From: Octopus vulgaris
Lineage: Eukaryota
Direction: 5' to 3'
NCBI GenBank assembly: GCA_951406725.2
Contig: OX597830.1
Span: 24,738,001 to 24,802,000 of the forward strand
DNA length: 64,000 bases
Shown: one piece after another, positions 54,326 through 64,000 of the stretch
Layout of the letters: the number at the start of each line of letters is the position of its first letter
Numbering within the stretch: the stretch's first letter is position 1
The notes under the pieces: generated by a model
What the model saw: the letters and a program-made list of their open reading frames with translations, nothing else
What the model was told of the DNA's origin: nothing
Databases searched by the model: none
Position numbers and translations under genes: made by a program

Positions 54326-54453
54326 CAAAAGAAAGGCGTGGCCTGTCACAAACTGCACAAAAGAAAGGCGTGGCCTGTCACAAACTGGGCAAAAGAAAGG
54401 CGTGGCCTGTCACAAACTGCGCAAAAGAAAGGCGTGGCCTGTCACAAACTGCG
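54326..54453. repeat. 32-bp minisatellite, 4 units
   Basis: caaaagaaaggcgtggcctgtcacaaactgNN at 54326, 54358, 54390 and 54422. Confidence 0.95.
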
Positions 54454-54880
54454 CACACAAAAAGATCATTGTGATTCACCTTCCCCGATCATGACATTCT
54501 TTGTCTTGACATCACGCCATATTTGTAAAACAATCATCACCCTCATACAAGCAATGCCTCCTCATATCCAATCTTCTATGAAAATATGTCTGACCATAAG
54601 GAAGTACCACCTTGCTTGAACACAATTGATGGGGTTAGCAACAGGTAGGGCATCTAGCAGTAAAACAAATTCCAATGAATTCTGTCTGACCCAGTAAGAG
54701 AAATTACTTATAAATTACCTGAATGACCTGGTGTTGCCCTGGTTACTGCTGTTCTTATCCAGATTAGTAAACCATAAATATGAAGATACATCTTTTTTCT
54801 CCTAATTATTTCAAAATATCTATATTTTATTTTAAAATATCCAAATTGTATTGATAAAAGAATTTAGAACTGAAAATCTG

Positions 54881-55368
54881 TCAATCTTGAAGCACCTCAG
54901 GGTAAACAATATTCACTGTGCAATTTTTTGTTAGTGTCCAAATGAACAAATTGTTGCTGCTTCTAACTCGTGAGCAAGCAACATAGAGTTGGCTGTGGGA
55001 GAAGCATGTAGTAGAGAGATAAAGTCCAACTACCTTGAGGGATTGACTCTGAGATTTGTTAATTAAAATACCTAAACTTAATTTGACTGGAAACTGAAGC
55101 CTCTTAAATTCAAGTAGAACATCAGTAGGTATGAGAGAAAATTTTGGAATAAAGACATTTTCTTCTTTGTCACTACCAAAGCTGTTATGATTGTTGCCTC
55201 TAGGATATGGGGCTTCATGGAAGTAACAATTAAGCAAGATCCATTACACAGGCGAGGTGGGTCAAGATTCCTAAGCAACATAATGGGAGTACCCAGCTTT
55301 AGTGTGAAGTTTTGCGGCAGCATCCCAGTGGGTTTGAGTGTGTTCAGAAATTCAACAGGGTATTGAAC
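54881..55368 (-). pseudogene. Helitron RepHel PIF1-type helicase C-terminal fragment
   Basis: QYPVEFLN, LKLGTPIMLLRNLDPPRLCNG, FKRLQFPVKL...INKSQSQSL, FSHSQLYVACSRV, NIVYPEVL*; frameshifted; degenerate 3' hairpin ccagggcaacaccagg near 54725-54745. Confidence 0.92.
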
Positions 55369-55780
55369 AGATATGTGTGTAGATGTGTGTTTTAATCCAA
55401 ATGGAAATAAAAGTTATCACACATACACTCTTACATACAGTCACATACATATACTAAGACAGACACACACACAGGCATACATTCACACATGTCAGTTGTC
55501 ACATGTATATGTATGTGTAGATGTGTGTGTATGTGTGTTTAATAACGTATCTAACACAGAAACACACACAGACTCACAGACAAATACACACTCATATACT
55601 GACACACATATACATACACTGTCACATACACTCACATACATATAGTAAGAGAGACACACAGACATACAATCACATAAGTATATGTATGTGTAGATGTGTG
55701 TGTGTGTCTCAAACACAAGCATAGCTTTTCACTTCATTTGGTTTGTCAGTCATCACATATGTATGTGTAGATATCTTTCT

Positions 55781-56183
55781 CTCTCTTTTTACTTGTTTCA
55801 GTCATTTTGACTGTGGCCATGCTGGAGCACCGCCTTCAATCGAGCAACTCGACCCCGGGACTTATTCTTTGTAAGCCCAGTACTTATTCTATCGGTCTCT
55901 TTTGCCGAACCGCTAAGTGACGGGGACATAAACACACCAGCATTGGTTGTCAAGCAATGCTAGGGGGACAAACACAGACATACAAACATACACGCACATA
56001 CATATATATATACATATATACGACGGGCTTCTTTCAGTTTCCGTCTATCAAATCCACTCACAAGGCTTTGGTCGGCCCGAGGCTATAGCAGAAGACACTT
56101 GCCCAAGGAGCCACGCAGTGGGACTGAACCCGGAACCATGTGGTTGGTAAACAAGCTACTTACCACACAGCCACTCCTACGCC
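55781..56183 (-). mobile_element. SINE family A, full length, young
   Basis: CpG-rich consensus-like copy. Confidence 0.9.
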
Positions 56184-56630
56184 TATATGTGTTTTAATCA
56201 AAATTAAAAGTATTACTTATATATGTATCTGGCACTCTGTCGGTTACACTCACATACATACACTAAGAGAGGCATACATAGACATACATTCGCGCATGTT
56301 AGTTACCACATATGTTTATGTATGTCTAGATGTGTGTGTGTGTGTGTGTGTTTAATAATGTACCTGATGCTGAAAAAACACACATTCAGTCATACACTCA
56401 CTTGCATACACGCTCATATGTCATCCTTGTCTTGGTATAAAATGCCCTTCGTTATAGTTGACTATAGAAAGATTATTTCTATAAAATGTCATATTGTTTT
56501 AATGCAAATGAAAAAGAAAATTACATGTTGACATTCACAGAGTGTAACGCTATTACCTTGTAAAATTTGATTTCATCGAGCTGTTTGAGAATGGATAAGG
56601 AACAGACAAGAAGACAAAGAATTTTATATA

Positions 56631-56825
56631 CTCTTTTACTTGTTTCAGACATTTGACTGCGGCCATGCTGGAGCACCACCTTTAGTCAAGCAAATCGACC
56701 CGGGGACTTATTCTTTGTAAGCCCAGTACTTATAATATCGGTCTCTTTTGCCGAACCGCTAAGTGACGGGGACGTAAACACACCAGCATCAGTTGTCAAG
56801 CAATGCTAGGGAGACAAACACAAAC

Positions 56826-56868
<43 letters not shown>

Positions 56869-57030
56869 ACAGGCTTCTTTCAGTTTCTGTCTACCAAATC
56901 CACTCACAAGGCATTGGTCGGCCTGGGGCTATAGCAGAAGACACTTGCCCAAGATGCCACACAGTGGGACTGAACCCGGAACCATGCGGTTGGTTAGCAA
57001 GCTACTTACCACACAGCCACTCCTGTGCCT
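56631..57030 (-). mobile_element. SINE family A, full length
   Basis: Shares diagnostic variants with 55781-56183 (aagcccagtact, taagtgacgg, tatagcagaag). Confidence 0.9.
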
Positions 57031-57461
57031 ATATGTAGAAATTACAGGTGGACAAAGACAAGATTGATATTAGTCGTTTTACTGATCCTTACTGAATCAT
57101 TTCACTTGGGGCAGGCATGGCTGTGTGGTTAAGCAGTTTGCTTTGCAACCACATGGGTTCGGGTTCAATCTCATTCTGTGGCAACTTGGGTAAATATCTT
57201 TTGTTATGACCTCAGCCAACCACTGCCTTGTGAGTGAATTTGATGAGATGAAAACTGTGCAGAAGGCCGTTGTGTGTATGTGTGCATGTGTGAATGTGTG
57301 TGAGAGAGAGAGAGGATAAATATGTAGAGGAAGAAATACAGAATATAAAGAGATGATATATAGTCAGGTTAAGACACACAGGCATGTGTGGGTGTGTGTG
57401 TGTGTCTTTCTGTCTCTCTGTCACTCTCTCACTGTCTATCTGCCTCTCTCCCTCTCATTTA

Positions 57462-57492
<31 letters not shown>

Positions 57493-57676
57493 TGTATGTA
57501 TGTATGTATGTATGTATGTATATATATTTATGTGTATATGTATATATATATATATATATGTGTGTGTATATGTATGTGTATATATATATATATATGTGTG
57601 TATATATGTATATGTATGTATATGTGTATATATATATATATGTGTATATATATATATATGTATATGTATGTATGTA

Positions 57677-57713
<37 letters not shown>

Positions 57714-57821
57714 CATACACATACATTATATGAGAGAGAGCGTAGATTTAACCCCACCCTTGAAATATACTTAGGTAAGATATCTGAAAAGGAAATCAGT
57801 TAAATTCTTGTGAGTGTATGC

Positions 57822-57864
<43 letters not shown>

Positions 57865-58321
57865 CTCTGCCTCGCCACTTCTTTCTCCACACTCTCCACC
57901 CTCTTTTTGCTGACCTAAAAAATTTTTTAGCATAACTAAAGTTACCAACTTACTATTTATTACAACTACCGTCACCACCATCACCGCCACCACTATAAAT
58001 AATACCACTACAACTATTCCTAATACTACTACTACTGGTATCTACTATTATTAGTACCACTTCCAACTGTTGCTAGATTGTGCAACAAAACATTGCTTCT
58101 CAACAGCAGCAATGGAGCATGACCAAAGACTCAGGAACAGAAATCGGATCACTGTTATGGCCATGACAACAATGTCTGTGACAGTGATGCTGCTGCTGGT
58201 GATGGTGGTGGGCCATGTAACATGATGCTGATGATGATGACAATGAAGGCCTTAACAAATTACTTCAGTGTATTGATCCACCCACTTTTTCTCTCTTTCT
58301 CTGTCTGTCTGACTCTCACTC

Positions 58322-58361
<40 letters not shown>

Positions 58362-58756
58362 AGATAACACTTCAGTGATTATTTAGACATACTAATGATG
58401 ACTCAACTGTTTAACCTCACTTCAGCTCTGACCAAGCAGAAATATGATCAAAAGGCTTTCTAACCAGGACCACCCCTTCTTTTATTGCTAATCAGAACCA
58501 ATGTAGCTTAGGCACACAGCATGGCTGAACTGTTGAGAAATTTTGTTTCAAAGTCATGATGTTCCAGGTTCGATTCCACATCTTGGGCAAACGTGATTAA
58601 CCAGTTAACCATGGGTTCACAGAATTTCTTGTCCTTAATTGTTGTTGTTGTTGTTTAGGTCCAAGTCAGCATCAGTCAAACAGACTTATGATCAAAAGCA
58701 TTCCAGTTATGACTATCACCTTCTCAGGGGTATGTCAGTCTGGTAATTTGCACATA

Positions 58757-59011
58757 AAATAAATGCACCCTTTTAAAGCCTAGCCAGGCTCATGGGCCCA
58801 GTTTCCCGGTTTAAATGGCATATGTGTTCCCCAGCTGGACGGGATGCCAGTCCATCGCAGAGTTACTAATTTTTGCCAGCCGAGTGGACTGGAGCAACGT
58901 GATATGAGGTATTTTGCTCAAGAACACAATGCGTCGCCCGGTCCAGGAATCGAAACCACAATCTTACGATCATGATGCTGACACCCTAACCACTAAGCCA
59001 TGCACCTCCAC
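58757..59011 (-). mobile_element. CORE-like SINE, tail variant C4
   Basis: Head and core as in C2; tail gactggcatcccgtccagctgggg...gagcctggctagg; degenerate copy at about 43938-44203. Confidence 0.8.
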
Positions 59012-59241
59012 AATTTGCACATGGCTGACTGGATATTCAGCCTATTTTGGCCACGGTACTTTTTGGCACCAGAGGTATGTGCACGCACATACACACACAC
59101 ATGCAAGCAGAAATACACACATACAGATAGGAAGAGAGAGAGAGATGGAGAGACAGGGAGTAGGAGACATTACAATTTATTAATAGAAAATGGCTGGCAT
59201 AAACACTTTCCTTCTCATACGCAAAAACTGGAAACATGCTC

Positions 59242-59281
<40 letters not shown>

Positions 59282-61125
59282 GGACAGAGAACATGGGAGA
59301 GAGGGAGGATGAGAGAGAGAGAAGGTGAGAGAGGAATATAAAGGAGGCAAGAGAGAGGGAGAAAGACAATATGGGAGAAAGGGAGAGAGGGAGAAGCAGA
59401 GGGGGAGAGGGAGAGAGCGAGAGAAGGTGAGAGAGAGAGAGAGAGAGAGCAGCATTAAAATGTCAGAAGTCAGATAAATCAACATTGAATCAGGAATGAC
59501 AAATAGGCAGGTGCCAAAACAGCTGAGCCAAATTGTATCATATCCTATGCAGTGGACTTGAGCCCACAAACTCATGATTGCCAGTGAATCTCTTAACCAC
59601 TTGGCCAAACATACATGGATACAATTACACAGACATACAGACAGACCCTAACAAACAACAATAAAATTCTCTTTGATGTCTTGTACAAGTCTACCATGAC
59701 CTTCTAAGGTATTAATTAAAATTCAAGAAGTGGGTTAAGAAATGTGGTTTTTAAGGTATTTTTTCTCAGTGAAGTATTTCATTAAATGAGTCACTCTGTC
59801 CAGCTGTTAGTGACAATGTTTAAAGGTCAGCTTATCCATTTTTTGTTGCTTTTTTTTAAAAAATAACTGACCACTGAAGCAAGGAAACACAAGATGAGAG
59901 AAAGAGATAGGGAAATTATGTAGCATTGGAGTTAGTCAACCATATCGTTGGTTGTTATGGTAACATTTAACATTTATTTTTCACCTGTCAGCTCCAGGTC
60001 AGCTCTGATTGAACAGACCTATAATCAAGGGCATTTCACACATGACCATCCAACTTTTTTTAGGGAAGTATCTGGGATTTATGTAACTCTTTGCCCATTT
60101 TAAGAAAGTGGAATGTGAATTGAAGGAGATTTCAGAGTGATTTTTAGCAAATCAAGGTTCCTGCTCCTGTGTGTTGTGTGTGTTTGCTATGATGTGTGGA
60201 TATGTATGTTTATTAATATAGTTGTTTGTGCATTTGTATGCTTTGCTGCTATGTATGTTCACACACACACACACACACACACCCATATATATATTTGAAA
60301 AAATGTATAGAGGTAGCTTTTCTGATAATTTTTCCTACTTCAATTAAATTGGATGTTCATAAGTTATTAGGTGTTTACAAAAGGTGACTCTGATAGGAGT
60401 TTCTTGCTTAAAAGCGATTTTCAAACTGATATTTTAGAGTTTGTTATTTACTATTTAAATAGGAAGTGATTAATTACAACAAACATACAATTACTAATAT
60501 ATCTGTAAATTCCAAACAATGGAAATGAGGGCTGAACACTGCATTTGTGAATGAAGGCTACCATTGGTTTCATGTTAAGAAAAGTAGGAAAATATCCTAG
60601 TGTCTTAACAAATTTTCAAACCGATCACATGAAGTAAAGAGAGAGGGAGTGGGGAGTGAGAAATTGATGGAGCTAGGAGCAGGAAAAACTTTGTGGTCAT
60701 GAAATTCACTTTGCAACTATATGCTTTGAGGTACAATTCTGCTGCACAACACTCCAGGCAAGCATCTACCACTATAAGTACTATAGCTGCAGGTTGTCAA
60801 ATATTTTGTGAGCGAATTTGGTAGATGGAAATTGAACTGTAAGGGAGCCCATCGCTTGTATATATGTATGTGTGTATGTATGTATATGTCTATATATGTA
60901 TGTATATGTCTATATATATATGTATACATATATATATATATGTGAGTATGTATATGTATATCTATATATATGTATGTATATATATATGTATGTCTATATA
61001 TATGTATGTATATCTATGTATATGTATGTATATATATATATCTATATATATATATGTGTGTCTATATATATATCCATATATATGTATGTATATATGTATG
61101 TATATATATGTATATAGATATATAT

Positions 61126-61169
<44 letters not shown>

Positions 61170-61314
61170 ATGTATATGTGTGTCTATATATATGTAAGCA
61201 TCTGTATATCTATATATATGTATGTATATGTATATATATGTATGTATATATGTATACATATATATATATGTATGTATATATATATGTATATATATGTATG
61301 TATGCATATATATA

Positions 61315-61349
<35 letters not shown>

Positions 61350-61577
61350 ATATAAATGTATATCTATTAATTGAAATACAATACAGGAAGGAAAAATGTC
61401 AGTAATTTTAGTAGAAGAGGATTGTCAATTCTATCAACCTTGATACCTGACTGGTTCTGTTTTTTTCTATTTTTATCAACCCTGAAATGATGAAAGGCAG
61501 AGCTGACCTTGGCAAGTTTTGAACTTAGAATATAAAGAGTCAGAAAGGAATGCAGTTAAGCATTTTGTTTGACGCAC

Positions 61578-61814
61578 TTTATTCTTTTATTCTTTTACTT
61601 GTTTCAGTCATGTTTGACTGTGGCTATTCTGTAGAGCACCATCTTTTTAGTTGAAGAAATCGACCCCAGGACTTATTCTTTTTAAGTTTGGTACTTATTC
61701 TGTCAGTCACCTTTGTCGAACCGCTAAGTTACAGGGACCTAAACATACCAACATCAGTTGTCAAGTGATAGTAGCAGGAACAACACACACACAAACACAC
61801 AAATATATACATAC

Positions 61815-61880
<66 letters not shown>

Positions 61881-62042
61881 ATATACAGGTTTTTTTCAGA
61901 TTCCATCTACCTAATCCACTCACAAGGCTCTGGTCAGTCCACAACTATAGTAGAAGACACTTGCCCAAGGTGCCATACAGTGGAACTGAACACAGAACCA
62001 TGTGGTTGGAAAGTAAGCTTCTCGCCACACAGCCACACCTGT
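61578..62042 (-). mobile_element. SINE family A, full length
   Basis: Tail, internal TA tract and head on the minus strand. Confidence 0.85.
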
Positions 62043-63299
62043 ACTAATGATACTGCCATAAGAGGGACCTAATGATAATAATGATTTCATATTTTGGCAC
62101 AAGGCCACCAATTTAGGGGGCAGGAGTAAATCGATTAGATCAACCCCAATGCCCAACTGGCACTTATTTTATCAACCCTCAAAAGGATGAATGCCAAAGT
62201 TGACCTGGATGGAATTTAAACCCTGGAGGAAATGCTACTGAGCATTTTGCCCATGTTCTGCCGATGCTCCTAGCTCATACCTTGGCCTCATGAAATATTG
62301 GTACACCATTTTTGATGGCCCATATAATAGAGTATAAACACACACAGGCTTAGGAAACCTCTTTATGATAAACTAGCAACCAGTTAACATTATAAAATTG
62401 TTTTTGCTGATATGAATGTTATCATAGTGTGAAAACCCATGCCACACACAGAACAACAAACTATTTTCTGTGCATAATTGTATGTTTTAGATAACAGAAT
62501 GACAGAAAGTAGAATGAGACATGCTAGAATAGACCTAGCCAACCCATGCCCGCGTAGAGAATTATATATAACATATAAAAAAATATTGATGATGATATAT
62601 GAGTTGAAAGCAATATCATATTTCTATTTGGAAAGGTGGTTTATCAAGCTAACAGCTATAAACAGGAAGGGGAACAACAACAACAACAACAATATATTTA
62701 GGTGGACTAAATGTTTTGAGGGCAAGTTCTTGGGTTTACAGAATGTGATCATATTTCACTTTATCATTCAAACTATGACTAAAACACAATAGAAATAGCA
62801 AGAGTTGGCCTTGGTATGTGGTTAGGAATTTGTGTTGTCAACACGATTTAGAAGGAAATTTTTGTATAAAAAACAAAAAAATAAAAGCAATTGTAAAACA
62901 GAAAATGAAAGTCAAAAATGAAATGGAACACAATTTTCATGACTTTACACCCCACCTTCTCCCATTCCTTCCACCACTTGTACGTCACTATTAGCATTGA
63001 TATTTTATCATCCTTATCAATGAGTCCAGTGTTGCAAATGATGGTAGACTTACCTGTACACACACCCTAAGTAAACATGTCACAGGTATTTGTAACATTA
63101 GATATATGTACACATGTATGCATATATATACATATACATACACACATACATACACGTGTGTGTGTGTGTGTGTGTGTGTGAGTATGTCAACTATATATAT
63201 ATGTATATATAAATACATACTTAGAAATATATATGTGTGTTTAAATACATACTTAGATGTATAATATGTCTGCATATATACAACTATAAATAAATATAC

Positions 63300-63336
<37 letters not shown>

Positions 63337-63399
63337 CAACTATAGATATATGTATTTATCATTTATCTATATAATGAATATATATAAATCAAACATTAC

Positions 63400-63585
63400 T
63401 ATGGATCATTGAACTCCCAGAAACAGCTGCTAGATTTGTAATACTTTCTTCCACCCCTATAATTTTATAATTTGTACTCTGTGTATGTTGGACCCTTTTA
63501 TATGTATACAAATATATTTTGTATTTCGTGTATTTAATATACTTTGTATATTGATGAATCTAATTTGCTTGTCCTCATATTTGCT
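63400..63585 (+). mobile_element. PLE-like pLTR fragment, same family as 25070-25995
   Basis: atggatcattgaactcccagaaacagctgctagatttgtaatactttc aligns by eye with the 25 kb arms; GAAACAGCUG stem III. Confidence 0.65.
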
Positions 63586-64000
63586 TTTATTATTCCTTCT
63601 ATTCTTTCATCCTTTCCTTCTTTCTATCAGCCCCTTCATACTTACTTTGTTCATTCCACTCTTCTTTCTTTCGTTCCCACTCTCTCACATTTCCTAGCCT
63701 TCTCTTCATGCTCACATTCCCTCCTCTTTCATTTCCCTCTGTCCCTTTCATTTTTTCTCACCCCTCCTTAATTCTTCTATCCCACTGCCTCTACCTCTTT
63801 CTTTTCTCTCCCCACTTAACTGGTGTTCCGCGAAGCCTGACCTTACTTTCTTGGTTCAATTACCATCCATGCAACATCTGTATTCCTCCCTGTCCAATCA
63901 TATGTCCCTGCGGCTTTACTTCCACATACACAAGCTTAATTTAATTCATCCTTGGTTGAAAGACACCTATTGTTAATGTCCTGTTATTTGTATTTGTGTA

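Noticed and set aside
54068-54358. Host C2H2 zinc-finger gene
   Set aside because: Degenerate fingers without TGEKP linkers, followed by a LINE-type 3' end
54326-54453. CRISPR-like 32-bp repeats
   Set aside because: Contiguous tandem units with no spacers, no cas genes, eukaryotic context
54881-55323. Host PIF1 gene
   Set aside because: Intronless, frameshifted, Helitron-type motifs and 3' hairpin

Overview
AT-rich eukaryotic (metazoan) DNA that is intergenic or deep-intronic. The repeat repertoire (several tRNA-derived SINE families, very long TA/CA/CT/AAT microsatellites) looks like an Octopus genome; this is recognition, not a database match. I see no intact protein-coding gene. Almost the whole ORF track comes from microsatellites and SINEs. 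The only recognisable protein remnants are transposon pseudogenes: mariner (cecropia-, mellifera- and irritans-like), a DD41D/rosa-type Tc1-mariner, a Helitron PIF1 helicase, R4/Dong, Tx1-like and RTE LINE 3' ends, and a possible GIY-YIG end. There are also piggyBac-, pogo- and hAT-type MITEs and a Helentron-type HINE. The most striking signal is at least five unrelated families of short non-coding fold-back inserts, mostly in (TA)n tracts. Where both arms survive, one arm has an unpaired 3' tail. They carry minimal hammerhead-ribozyme-like motifs with a palindromic stem III, the architecture of Penelope-like element (PLE) termini. One family has a G3:C8-swapped core inside a near-perfect 283-bp palindrome. 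Another fuses a tRNA-derived Pol III head to the ribozyme module and occurs twice as a head-to-head dimer with 12-13 bp TSDs, a candidate PLE-mobilised ribozyme SINE. All coordinates and structures were read by eye, so boundaries of degenerate repeats are approximate.
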